Shown: positions 1 to 10,695 of the stretch, one piece after another
How the letters are laid out: every line of letters starts with the position of its first letter
Position numbering within the stretch: the stretch's first letter is position 1
NCBI GenBank assembly: GCA_964016885.1
Contig: OZ024744.1
Location: 65,224,001-65,288,000, forward strand
Direction: 5' to 3'
Origin: Eledone cirrhosa
Taxonomy: Eukaryota
Length of the DNA: 64,000 nucleotides
The notes under the pieces: model-generated
Told to the model about the DNA's origin: nothing
Database searches by the model: none
The model's input: the letters and a program-made list of their open reading frames with translations, nothing else
Position numbers and translations under genes: made by a program

Positions 1-1723
1 AACTATTTCCGAAGGCCCAGCCGCCTTACCCGTCTTCATATCTATGATTGCCTTACTTATTATACTACCTTCGACTTGCACTGCTGGTCCCTCTATTGGT
101 CGATGTGGGGGAGACTGTCTTTCTCCCATTTATTCTCCTCATTTAGTAGCCTTTCGTAGTGACACTTCCAAGCTACCTTCTTATCAGCATCAGTGATGGC
201 AAGTACACCATCATCATTAAGTACACACTTCTCCCCGACAATATCACGGTTTTCCTTGACACATTGCCTAGCAATCCTGAACACCTCACGTTTTTGGTCC
301 TCGCGTTGTAGAACATGCTTGAACTTTCTTTCCTCTGCTTCCCTTCTTGCGAAGTACACTTGTCTCCTAGCTTCCCTCCTGGCTACTTGATAGTCTTCTC
401 TACTTCCCCCATCCCGCCATACTTTCCAAGCCTGCATTTTGGCCTTAATTGACTCCTCCACCTTACTGTTCCACCACCATGTTACTCTCCTCCTGCCTAT
501 AGGCCTGCTCCAGCCACAGACTTCGTCTGCCGCTATCAACAGGTTTGCTTTCAGGAATTCCCACTGTTCCTCTATATTGTACGACTCTAAATGCTCTTCC
601 TTACTGTCGAAAGCATCAAGTAATATGCTTTTAAATTTATTTCTGGCTGTGGGGTCCTTTCTTTAGCTTCCATATTTTTCTCCTGAGGATAGACCTCTTC
701 TGCTGTCGAGTATGTCTCGTCCTGACTATGAGGTCGCTAATTATGAGTCTATGTTGGGAGGTGCATTCTTCATGGGGGAGGGATTTAGTGTTTACAACAG
801 ACACTCTGTCACGTCTTCTGGTAAGGATATAATCTACCTGGCTGGTATGTTCCCCTGATCTGTAGGTGATCAAGTGATTGTCTCGTTTTTTGAAGTTAGT
901 GTTACAGATATATTTCTTTATTAGCCACAGGGGCACAAAAGAAGGGGACAAATACAAAGGGGGAAGTTTACATACAATAAAAACGTGTAAAATGTTATCA
1001 CAGATGGAATTAGTGTTACAGATAGTTAGGTTATTTGCGTCACAGAATTCCAGGATTCTGGAGCCTTCCTCATTTCTAGTACCAAACCCATAGCCTCCGT
1101 GGATTCCATCATAGCCGTCACAATGTTGTCCAACGTGACCATTTAGGTCGCCAGCAATAATTATATAGTCACTGTCGGTTATTTGGGAGGTAGTGAGCAT
1201 CAGTGTCTCATAGAAACTGTCTTTTATAGCGCCAGGCAGTCCGGATTGGGGCGCGTATGCAGATATTACCGTCACAGTAGTTCTATTTAGAACAGGTCTT
1301 ATTTTAATTATTCTGTCATTCACTCTATTTACGTCTATTATCTTATCCACCCATTTTTCTGCTACCATGAATCCTACCCCACCCAGCCCATTGTCATTTC
1401 CCACCCAGAAAAGCTTATAGCATCATTTTTTTACCCACAATGAATCTAGCAGACCCGCCCCTCCACCTGGTCTCTTGGATACAGCAAACATCACCCTCCT
1501 TACGTTCAAGCATTTCTACAACTTCGTTAGAGCGGCCTTTTAAGGTGCCTACATTCATAGTACCAACTCTGAAGTTTTGGATTGCGTTTGGTGGGTGGGG
1601 CGCAGGGAGGGGTGAGGTGGATGGGGTTGGGGTTATGTTGGCCATCCGCGGCCGCAACAAAGAGGAGGGGGCCTTGCCCTTTCGTCCGGGAGCATGAGGT
1701 GAATTTGTCGTTATCTTTGGCAT
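1..1723 (-). mobile_element. RTE-clade LINE (family A), 5' half of ORF: AP endonuclease, linker and start of RT; frameshifted and with a stop
   Basis: ORFs 1415-1723, 637-1404 and 93-539 give APE motifs (GTMNVGTL, CCIQETRW, SAYAPQ, AGDLNGHVG, VDYIL, SQHRLI), then WWWN and WKCHYERLLN. Bases 1-90 encode KTGKAAGPSEI, the start of RT. Confidence 0.93.
911..1009 (-). mobile_element. 5'-truncated 3'UTR of an L1/Tx1-like LINE inserted in the RTE endonuclease, with a 15-bp TSD
   Basis: TTAGTGTTACAGATA occurs at 896-910 and 1010-1024. The insert ends (minus strand) CCCCTGTGGCTAATAAAGAAATA, matching the Tx1 3' end CCCTTGTGGTTAATAAAGAAA near 51385-51405. Confidence 0.85.
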
Positions 1724-1893
1724 TGTCTTCGGGTGTCCAGATTCTTCAGACTCTCCAGAAATTCCTTAGTCCATCCATCATATCGAAAAGCAACCAGAAG
1801 TGATAGCATAGGCCGTTGACTTGTGATTAGTCCAAATAATAAAGGTGGAGAGTGGGTGGCGGGAGGAAGGGGTATGGGGTAGTTAGCGAGGAG

Positions 1894-2474
1894 CAGGCTT
1901 ATTTATATTTGGTGCGTAGGGAGTGAGAGGGAGTGAGAGAGCGACATATATGATAGAGAGAGAGTGAGGGTGAAGCGATTTTAGAGGACCTTTTTAGAAC
2001 AGTGAGACAGAATTATAGAAAGACAATTATGAATAAGATTTTGATTCTGGGCCATTTTAGATATATGGATGAATGAACCGAAGGGTGGGGAGGCAAGAAA
2101 AAAATGATATTTGTACGTTACATTTCTTAGAAGCCGACTGACCATCAATAAAAGTTGACAAATTCTGAGTTTTGTGCCCCGTAACAGGCTTATTTATATT
2201 TATATTTGGTGCGTAGGGAGTGAGAGGGAGTGAGAGAGCGACGTATATGATAGAGAGGGAGTGAGGGTGAAGCAACTTTAGAGGGCCGAGAGAGTGAGAG
2301 AGAGGCCATTTCTATGAATCGTGGAAAAAATTTTCGGCCAAAATGGTAGCGGGAAGATTATTTAGAACAACGTGGAGAAAATTTTTTTAGAACAGTGAGA
2401 CAGAATTATAGAAAGACAATTATGAATAGGATTTTGATTCTGGGCGATTTTAGATATATGGATGAATGAACCGA
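1894..2474 (-). repeat. Duplicated blocks in the putative RTE 5'UTR
   Basis: Block ~1894-1977 is repeated at ~2185-2273. Block ~1991-2082 is repeated at ~2383-2474. Confidence 0.85.
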
Positions 2475-2493
2475 AATTAGATGAAATATACCC

Positions 2494-2572
2494 GAGAGAT
2501 GCTGTGCTAAATAGGACCCATCCCACCCTTGCAAGCAGAGAAAAGCGGACGTAAAATGATGATGATGATGAT
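2494..2572 (+). mobile_element. RTE 3' terminus with (GAT)n tail
   Basis: CCCACCCTTGCAAGCAGAGAAAAGCGGACGTAAAATGATGATG is near-identical to the RTE 3' end at 9328-9400 (minus). Confidence 0.85.
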
Positions 2573-3478
2573 ACCTATAGTTCAAAGGGCCAGCCTTGTT
2601 ACACATTGTATAACACTGAAGCTCCCTGAGAAATACTTTAAGGGTACATATGCCTGTGGAATACTCAGTCACTTACACATAAATTTCATGAGCAGGCTGT
2701 TCCATTTTATGGGCAAAACCAACAGGCAGGAAACCCAGGGGTAGACCCAGAGAAAGATGGTTGGATAATCCATGAGCTCAGTTGGTCTCACCTGGGGATC
2801 CAGCTGGGTCAGTTGGAGACAGTTGCTGCTGAAAAGAATATTTGAGAATTCTGCCCCTCCAACCCTCTCGGGAATAGGTGGGTAAAGAAAAAAGCAGCAG
2901 CAGCAGCAGCAGAAGAAGAAAAAGAAGAAGAAGAAGAAGAAGAAGAAGAAGAAGAAGAAGAAGAAGAAGAAGAAGAAGAAGAAGAAGAAGAAGAAGAAGA
3001 AGAAGAAGAAGAAGAAGAAGAAGAAGAAGACAAAGAAGAAGAAGAAGAAGGCAAAGAAGAAGAAGAAGAAGAAGAAGGCAAAGAAGAAGAAGAAGAAGAA
3101 GAAGAAGAAGAAGAAGAAGAAGAAGAAGAAGAAGGCAAAGAAGAAGAAGAAGAAGGCAAAGAAGAAGAAGAAGAAGAAGGCAAAGAAGAAGAAGAAGAAG
3201 AAGAAGAAGAAGAAGAAGAAGAAGAAGAAGAAGAAGAAGAAGAAGAAGAAGAAGAAGAAGAAGAAGAAGAAGAAGAAGAAGAAGAAGAAGAAGAAGAAGA
3301 AGAAGAAGAAGGCAAAGAAGAAGAAGAAGAAGGCAAAGAAGAAGAAGAAGAAGAAGGCAAAGAAGAAGAAGAAGAAGAAGAAGAAGAAGAAGAAGAAGAA
3401 GAAGAAGAAGAAGAAGAAGCAGTAGCAGCAGCAGCAGCAACAGCAGGCTGTTCTATTGATCAAACAGCTGGAACACTA
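2573..3478 (+). mobile_element. SINE 3' body (same family as 37453-37727), split by a LINE insertion
   Basis: 2573-2706 and 3458-3478 align with TACCT..AGTTCAAAGG...CTCAGCCACTTGCACGTTAATTTCACGA.CAGGCTGTT...GATC..ATCAACTGGAACACT of the full copy. Confidence 0.75.
2707..3441 (+). mobile_element. RTE family B 3' fragment whose tail is an expanded (GAA)n array; 16-bp TSD
   Basis: Encodes GRKPRGRPRERWLDN and is homologous to 18870-19068. TSD is AGCAGGCTGTTCCATT (2691-2706) / AGCAGGCTGTTCTATT (3442-3457). Confidence 0.85.
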
Positions 3479-3572
3479 ATTCTGGAAAGCGACATAGGTC
3501 CTCCATTCTGTATTCTGTATTGGTTTTCACTGCCTATTTATGTATGTGTGTCTGTGTGTCTAATATAAAAAG

Positions 3573-3629
3573 AGAGATTGCTTTTGTAATGCCGAATATG
3601 TATTTTCTATGCATGAACAATTTTTACGA
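3573..3629 (+). CDS. Candidate exon of a Dbl-homology (RhoGEF-like) gene: RDCFCNAEYVFSMHEQFLR
   Basis: AG|...|GTAAAT boundaries. The peptide resembles the DH motif F-x-N-x3-I-x3-H-x2-F-L. The acceptor is weak. Confidence 0.5.
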
Positions 3630-3685
3630 GTAAATATTTATTATTATATAATAATTAAAAACAGCCATTATTTCATTACTTTAAG

Positions 3686-3747
3686 TTTCTTGCCAAGATA
3701 TCTTCAGATGTTCTCTTTCTTAAGGAAGCACAACGAAACATCCAAGG
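3686..3747 (+). CDS. Candidate RhoGEF-like exon: FLAKISSDVLFLKEAQRNIQ(G)
   Basis: TTTCATTACTTTAAG acceptor; phase 0, compatible with the preceding exon across a 56-nt intron. Ends in phase 2 at GTTGCA (weak donor). Confidence 0.45.
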
Positions 3748-3804
3748 GTTGCATTACTTGGCATGAAATTTAAAGTAATAAAATAACAGTCAATTTTAGC
3801 AAAT

Positions 3805-3910
3805 ATCATCATCATCATCGTCCATTTAACACCTGTTTTTCCATGCTTGGCATGGGTTGGACAGGTACTTTTCAGCACAATCTCCCTCCACTTGTTGTGT
3901 TCCTGTGTCA
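3805..3910 (-). mobile_element. RTE 3' end fragment with (GAT)n tail
   Basis: The minus strand encodes MTQEHNKWREIVLK followed by CCAACCCATGCCAAGCATGGAAAAACAGGTGTTAAATG..GATGATG. Confidence 0.8.
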
Positions 3911-4104
3911 TATCCTATATATATACACACACACATATATATATGTGTATGTATATAGAGAGATAGATAGACAGAACCCTCGGTCTATCAGGGAGGTCAG
4001 TACTTCCTGCTTCGATAATGACATGGTCTATGTAAACCCTTGCTAGCAGGGAGAGCAGACGTTAAATGATGCTGATGATATATATATATATATATATAAA
4101 GATA

Positions 4105-5492
4105 ATTTAGCATACAGGTCGGTGTCCACCAGGGCTCTGTTCTTAGCCCTCTCCTGTTCATGATAGTTTTGCAGGCAATAACAGAGGAGTTTAAGACCAG
4201 ATGCCCATGGGAACTCTTGTATGGGGATGACCTCCCACTTATAGCTGAATCTATGGTAGAACTAGAGAAGAAATTCCAAACTTGGAAGCAGGGACTAGAA
4301 AGAAAGGGTTTCAAAGTCAACCTGACAAAGACTAAGGTCCTTGTAAGTAGACAAGAAAACAGAACCCAGATCCCCTCAGGGAAATGGCCTTGCTCAGTAT
4401 GTAGGAAAGGTGTAGGTAAGAACTCCATTCTCTGCCCCAAATGCAAGCAATGGGTACACAAAAGATGTAGTGGGATCTCAGGAAGCTTAACTAAGAATGT
4501 AGGCTTCACATGTAGCAGCTGTGCTGGGACAGCAAGCAGCAAACAGCCACAGGAAACAAGTACCACCAAACTCTGGGAGGGCTCTGTAGAAACAGTAGAC
4601 AGCTTCTGCTACCTAGGTGACCGAATTAGCAGCGGAGATGGGTGTTCGGAAAGTTCAATAACTAGGGTAAGAACGGGATGGAAGAAGTTCAGGAAGCTAC
4701 TGCCACTGTTAGCTGCAAAAGGCTTTTCCCTCAAAATGAAAGGCAGACTGTATAATGCGTGTATACGAACAGCAATGTTACATGGTAGTGAGACCTGGGT
4801 GCTGTCTGTGGAAGACTTGCATAGATTAGAAAGAAACAAAGCTTGCATACTCTGCTGGATGTGTAATAGTAATATACGCAAACAGCAAAGCATAAACAAA
4901 TTGAGAGAGAGACTGAGCATAAGAGGAATCAAATGCTGTGTGCAGGAGAGGCAGTTGCATTGGTATGGACATGTTTTGCGTATGAAGGATGACAGCTGCA
5001 TAAAAAGGTGCAGAGCACTAGAAGTCGATGGGAACCGCGGAATGGGGTGACCCAAGAAGACCTGGATGAGGTGATAAAAGCCGACCTTACCCAATTACAC
5101 CTCTCAAAGGTGATGACACATGACCGTGACCTCTGGCGTCACGCAGTAATACAGAAGACCCGACCCCCCCACGAGTACATGCTGAAGCTGAAGCATATAG
5201 ACAATATGTCCCCACACCCTCCCACTGCAAGGTGGTCGTGGAGGTGCCATGGCAAAAAAGCACCCAGCCCAGACTGTTAAGTGGACTTGTAGGCGCCACA
5301 GAAAAAAAGCACCCAGCACTCACTGTAAATAAGTTTGGTGTTAGGAAGGGCATCCAGCTGTAGAAATCAAGCCAGAATCAGTTCCAGTATGAGCAAGGCA
5401 TGGTCAGCCGACCGGACACTGCCTACAACAGGACAACCCATCTAACCCACGCTAGAGTGGAAGAACAGACGTAAAACGGTGATGATGATGAT
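4105..5492 (+). mobile_element. RTE family A, 3' half: RT C-terminus, PHD-like finger, thumb, long 3'UTR and GAT tail
   Basis: GVHQGSVLSPLLF, LLYGDDL, CSVC..CPKC..WVHKRC..CSSC, FCYLGD, HGSETW, LHWYGHVLR; tail GACGTAAAACGGTGATGATGATG. Confidence 0.93.
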
Positions 5493-5584
5493 ATATATAC
5501 ATAAAAAAGGAAAAGAATAACTTCACTTGTAGTTCTAAAGAATTTGATTTTATGATATTACAATTTTACAATTTTGCTATGTAG

Positions 5585-5692
5585 ATCTAGTAAGTTCTTT
5601 AACATCGTTGGGAATTTTTTTTTAAGATTCCTGGTTAACTTTCTGGAGAACTTTCTCACATTCGTCAGTGGCAATTGTCAAACTGATCTAAA
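5585..5692 (+). CDS. Candidate RhoGEF-like exon: SSKFFNIVGNFFLRFLVNFLENFLTFVSGNCQTDL
   Basis: AATTTTGCTATGTAG acceptor; the phase 2 join completes Gly (GG+A). IVGNFFLRF resembles the DH 'iG.vFl.f' motif. The 3' boundary is uncertain. Confidence 0.5.
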
Positions 5693-5704
5693 GTTGTGTT
5701 GTGA

Positions 5705-6275
5705 TGTGTGATTCTAGCCTGAGACATTCTAACCATATGGCCATAGTATCAGAGCTGTGATCTCTCAACCCGGAGAAGAGTGGCTCGACCTGAAGTGACT
5801 CTCAAATCTTCAAACTAAGCACTCTATCGTGTAACGTTACTCCAAAGACCCTTCAGGGGAACCCCCATTTCAGCAGTGTGCATTCACAATTGTATTCTTT
5901 CAGTCATTACCCAAGATTCATAGGTAAGGGTTGGCATGAATACTGAATTGAAGATAGCGAGTTTAGATTTTGCATCTGCCTCCCTCATTCTGATTACCAA
6001 ATGCTGAAGCTGGTGCATTACTGCACCAGCTCCTGCAATTCTTGCACTTAATTCAGCCTCTTGCCTTACATCACTCGTGAACACAGCCCTAAGATACTTG
6101 AACTTCTCTACCTGCTTCAGTGGAACTCCATTCATATGTAAAGTGCACTTCACGGGCTTCCTTGAAAGGACAAGTGTCTCAGTTTTTGCAGCACTGATTT
6201 TCATTTCATCCAGGATCAAACCTATCAAATTGTTGGAGATCACCTTCTGATGAATTAAGTAACACCATATCTTCT
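5705..6275 (-). mobile_element. RTE family B RT C-terminal fragment
   Basis: MKISAAKTETLV, EKFKYL, LTYESW, YYGHMVRM. Confidence 0.85.
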
Positions 6276-7157
6276 GCAAGCCCTTTGTTGTCAGCTGAGG
6301 TAACAGCTCTCTAAATTTCTTCCAACCTGTTTTGATCCTGACTATCACACTTAGAATGAAACCTTCCTCACTGTTAATTTGATTGCCTAGGTAACAAAAA
6401 TTGTCAACAAATTCTAAGGAACCTCCTGGCAACTGAAGGAATCTATTTCAATATTCTTTTAGTGCTTCTATACCAAATAGTCAAACTGCCTTCCATACCT
6501 TCATGTCATAAGATTGCTTTATCTATGACACTGTTGCCAACTTTTATAGCTGGTCCCCTCTGTTGGGTTTGTATGGAGTAGGCCCTTGCTGTCCCATTTA
6601 TACTCTTCATTCAGCAGTCTCTCATATTAAGTCTTCCATGCTTCCTTCTTTTTGACACCAGGCAGGACAAGTGCTCTGCTCTCATTTCAAATGCACCCAA
6701 ACCACATCATATTTTTCTAGCGCACTGTCTCGCAATTAGAAACATTTCATACCTCTCATCTTCACAATACAGAACATGTGCAAACTTTTCCTTTTCTGCA
6801 TCTTCCCTTTCTAGGTATACTCGGCACATGACCTGTCATCTAGCTATTCATCTCTCCCTTTCTTTCAGTCTCTCCGGATTTGTCTTTTTGTTTTTATGGC
6901 TGTATTTACCTTATTATTCCACCACCATGTCATCCTCCATCATGCTGGGACATTGCTCCAGCTAAGGACTGGTTTGTGTCTTCCAGCAGGTTGTCACAAA
7001 GAAATTCCCAGTTTTTCTTTATGTCATATATCTCCATCTCCACTTCCTTACTGTTAAAGACATCAGGTACAATATCTCTGAATTTGTTACTTTCTTCTCC
7101 AGATTGGCTTTTGTCTCTTAGTACACCTAGCCCTTATTCTAAGGTCACTGACAACTA
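6276..7157 (-). mobile_element. Degraded, deleted RTE family A fragments (linker and RT thumb)
   Basis: DNFCYLGNQI..WKKFRELLP at 6280-6432. The EN end and linker (HRLVVSDLRI..RRK) lie at 6450-7157. Confidence 0.75.
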
Positions 7158-7164
7158 ATCTATG

Positions 7165-8296
7165 TCGTAGAAGGGAAAACAAAGCCCAGATCTCCTCTGG
7201 GAAATGGCTCTGCTCAGTGTGCAGAAAAGGAATAAATAGAAATTCCATTCTATGTACCAAATGCAAGCAATGGGTACACAAAAGATGTAGTGGGACCTCA
7301 GGAAGGCTAACAAAGAATGTAGGTTTTACTTGTGGCACAGAGAAAGAACCCTCAGGATACAATCACCTTCAAATGCTCAGAGGACTCAGTTGAAGTGATA
7401 GATAGTTTCTGTTACCATGGCGACCAAATCAGTAATCGGGGAGGGTGTTCTGAAAGCACAGTAACCAGAGTGAGATCAGGCTGAAGAAAGTTCAGGAGCT
7501 TCTACTGTTACTAACTACAGAAGGCTTTTCCCTCAAAAGGCAATGTATTCAAACAGCAGTGTTGCACAGCAGCGAGACCTGGGCACAGTGTGCTGAGGAC
7601 CTGTGAAGATTGGAAAGAAATGACGCCTCCATGCTTCGCTGGATGTGAAATAGCAATATATGTGAACGGTAAGGTATAAATGTACTGCGTGAAAAATTAG
7701 GCATAAGAGGGATCAGTTGTTGCATGCAGGAGAGGAGATTGTGTTGGTATGGACATGTTATGCTTATGAAAAATGGCAGCTGCATAAAAAGGTGCAGAAC
7801 GCTCAAAGTTGATGGTAGCTGTGGAGTGGGCAGGTCTAGGATGACTTGGGATGAGATAATAAAAGCTGACCTTGCACAATTATACCTCTCAAAGGCAATG
7901 ACACAGGAACGCGACCTCTTGTGCTATGCAGTATTACAGAAGAGTCACCTTCTATTATTCTCAGGCTGAGGCTTATACCTAGTAGGCAACACCTTCCTCA
8001 AACTTCTCTCCTATTACCTATGTTTGCAATTTCCCCAAGCTTCCTCCCACCTGCCTTGTTCCAAGACAAAAGTGTCCAGTCCCCACTGTAGTATGGTCGT
8101 GTAGGTGACACGACAAACAACACCCAGCACACACTGTAAATGTGGTTGCCGTTAGGAATGGCACCCAGCTCTAGAAACCAAGCCAAAATCTGCACCGGGT
8201 GAGCTAAACATGGACCTCTGACCTGATTTTCTCCCTAAGGGTCAACTCATCCCCCAATCCTAGTGTGAAGGATGGATGTTAAATGACGATGATGAT
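7165..8296 (+). mobile_element. RTE family A 3' fragment (PHD-like finger to tail), degraded
   Basis: Colinear with 4350-5492: GKWLCSVCRKG, WVHKRCSG, LCWYGHV, the same 3'UTR and the GAT tail. Confidence 0.88.
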
Positions 8297-8355
8297 ATAT
8301 ATATATGTGTATATGTATGATGTGTATGAGTATATATTTATGAAATATATATATA

Positions 8356-9237
8356 CAGGGTGCAGACAATATTTGTTCGCAAGATTACTGTCTAGGAAAA
8401 AATAACACAGTAGTTTTATTTTTTAAGATTTATTTATCAAACTTGGGTCAGTTTGTCTTCATGACTTGTTCTTTCGATCTCACTCAATAAACCCGCCATT
8501 GGCTTTAATGACGGCCTCAAGGCGGCCTCAGAACCGGCTACAGGCCTTCGTCACTGTCCCCCAACTTAGGCCCCTAAAGGCACTTGTAATTCTGGCCTTC
8601 AGATCGTCTTTCGTATTGCAGTTAGATCTGTTGGTGTCTCGTTCCACTGCACCCCACACAAATAAGTCGAGGGGGTTGCAGTCAGGCGAGATGGGAGGCC
8701 AGATGTCAGGTGAAGTGTGGTCGACGAAGTTCTCTGATAGCCAGGCTTGGGTCTTTCGGCTGGTATGGCAGGGCGCTGAGTCTTGCTGCCACACGTACGG
8801 TCTACCAGCAGCTACCTGGTCGATCCAGGGCCTTACTACCTTGCTCAGAACGCGAATGTAGCCATCGGTGTTCAGCTTGAGGCCCTCAGGGAAGAACTCG
8901 GGCGTTCTGAAGGCGTCAGATCGTCGATCATGTGTTTTCCTCTCTGATGTTGCTTCGTAGTCGAATCCTGAATCTTCCAATTCCTTTCTGACCACTTCCT
9001 CCATTCTCCTGCTGTCGCTGAGAAAGTCTGAAATTTCCTTATTTGTCCTCCCAGTGCGGATTCCAAGAACTCCGAGTCTCTTCCACAAATTTGGAGGTTC
9101 AAAATTATTCATAATCATTTATTCTGAAAATAAATAATGGAAATATAGTCACTGTTTTTTTCTGTGACAACGGAAGTAAAAAGAATTTGCATAAAATTAG
9201 CAGTTGAAAATTGCGAACAAATATCGTCCGCACCCTG
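8356..9237 (-). mobile_element. Tc1/mariner DD37D (maT-type) DNA transposon, internally deleted
   Basis: 27-bp TIRs CAGGGTGC(A/G)GAC(A/G)ATATTTGTTCGCAA; TA on the left and TG on the right. ORF 8528-9118 has WQQDSAPCH...SPDCNPLD with 37 residues between the last two catalytic Asp. Confidence 0.93.
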
Positions 9238-9327
9238 TGTATATATATATATATATATATGGTATATGTATGATATATGTATATACACGCAAATATATAT
9301 ATATCATGATATATATATGTATATATG

Positions 9328-10456
9328 TCATCATCATCATCATCATCATCATCATTTTACGTCCGCTTTTCCCTGCTTGCAAGGATGGGACAGGTCCTTT
9401 TCAGCACATCATCTCTCCACTTGTCACGGTCCTTCGTCAGCTCCACCGTGAGCTTCAGCGATCTGAGGTCTGCTCTCACCACCTCCACCCATGTTTTTCG
9501 TGGTCTTCCTCTACTGCATCTTCCTTCAACTGGCATTTCTTGTCACTTCTTTACCCAGCGTTTCTCTCTCAACACATCCATGCTTGGTCGTTCACGTACA
9601 TTGACATTGCAACGGAGCATGCTTGCCTCATTTCTCTCCACCCATCGCATATCCTCTGCAGTTTCTGTCCATGTCTGACTACCATGCAGCATCGCGCACC
9701 TCACACAGGCATCATATAACTGGCTTTCGTATGCAGAGAGAAACCCTTCTTCGTCAGCAGAGGAAACAGCTCCCTAAACTTCTTCCAACTCATCCTTATT
9801 CTAGATACTATGGCCTCGGAACATCCCCCTTCCATGATAATCTGATCACCTAGGTACCAGAAGCTATCAACCATTTCTATAGAACCTACCTGCATTTGAA
9901 AAATGTGTCTATCAATGCGATTTCTACTGTCAAATTTCCCTGTACATCTACTGCATGCGTATTTTTCCCTACCTGTTAGTTTGCCTGCTATCCCACTACA
10001 TCTCTTGTGTACCTAAGATCTGCATTGTGTACATTTTATAGAATTTATGCCAGTTCCTTTTCTGTATATCGAACATGGCCATTTCCCTGATGGAATCAGA
10101 GTTTTGTCCTATTTTCTACTCATCAACACTTTTGTCTTAGCTAGGTTCACTCTCAGTCCTCTTATTTCCAACTGCTGTTTCCATAGTCAGAATTTATTCT
10201 CTAGCTCCTCTACTGATTCTGCTATAAGAACCAGATCGTCAGCATAGAGAAGTTCCCATGGGCAGCCAGTCTTAAACTCCTCTGTTATGGCTTGGAGGAC
10301 TATAATGAACAAGAGCGGGCTGATGTACTCCTACTTGTATCTGGAATTGCTCACTAAACTCCATTCCTACTCTCACTTTACTGACAGCACCTCTGTACAA
10401 AGCTTGCACGGTCCTCACAAGCCATTCCTCAACACCTAGTTTCTTTAGGGACCACA
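9328..10456 (-). mobile_element. RTE family A-like 3' fragment with short 3'UTR and (GAT)n tail
   Basis: WSLKKLGVEEWLV, VGVHQ, LLYADDLV, YLGDQI, RGRPRKTW; CAT repeat at 9328-9354. Confidence 0.88.
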
Positions 10457-10695
10457 AAACATCCAGCCGACACTGTAAAGTGGTCGTGTAAAAAACACAG
10501 CAAAAAGCACCCAGTACACACTGTAAATGTGGTTGCCGTTAGGAAGGGCATCCAATCATAGAAAACTATCCAGAAATAGTCCTATATGAGCGAGACACAG
10601 TCCCCTGACTCAACTTGCCTCTAAATGGGACAAATCCGTCTAACCCATGCTAGCGTGGAATTTAGACGTTAAACGATAATGATAGTGATGATGAT
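10457..10695 (+). mobile_element. RTE/SINE 3'UTR fragment with GAT tail, joined head-to-head to the preceding RTE
   Basis: CACACTGTAAATGTGGTTGCCGTTAGGAAGGGCATCC...CTAACCCATGCTAGCGTGGAA..AGACGTTAAACGAT. Confidence 0.8.

Noticed and set aside
2669-3463. Poly-Phe/Leu/Ser/Arg ORFs
   Set aside because: They come from the (GAA)n LINE tail.
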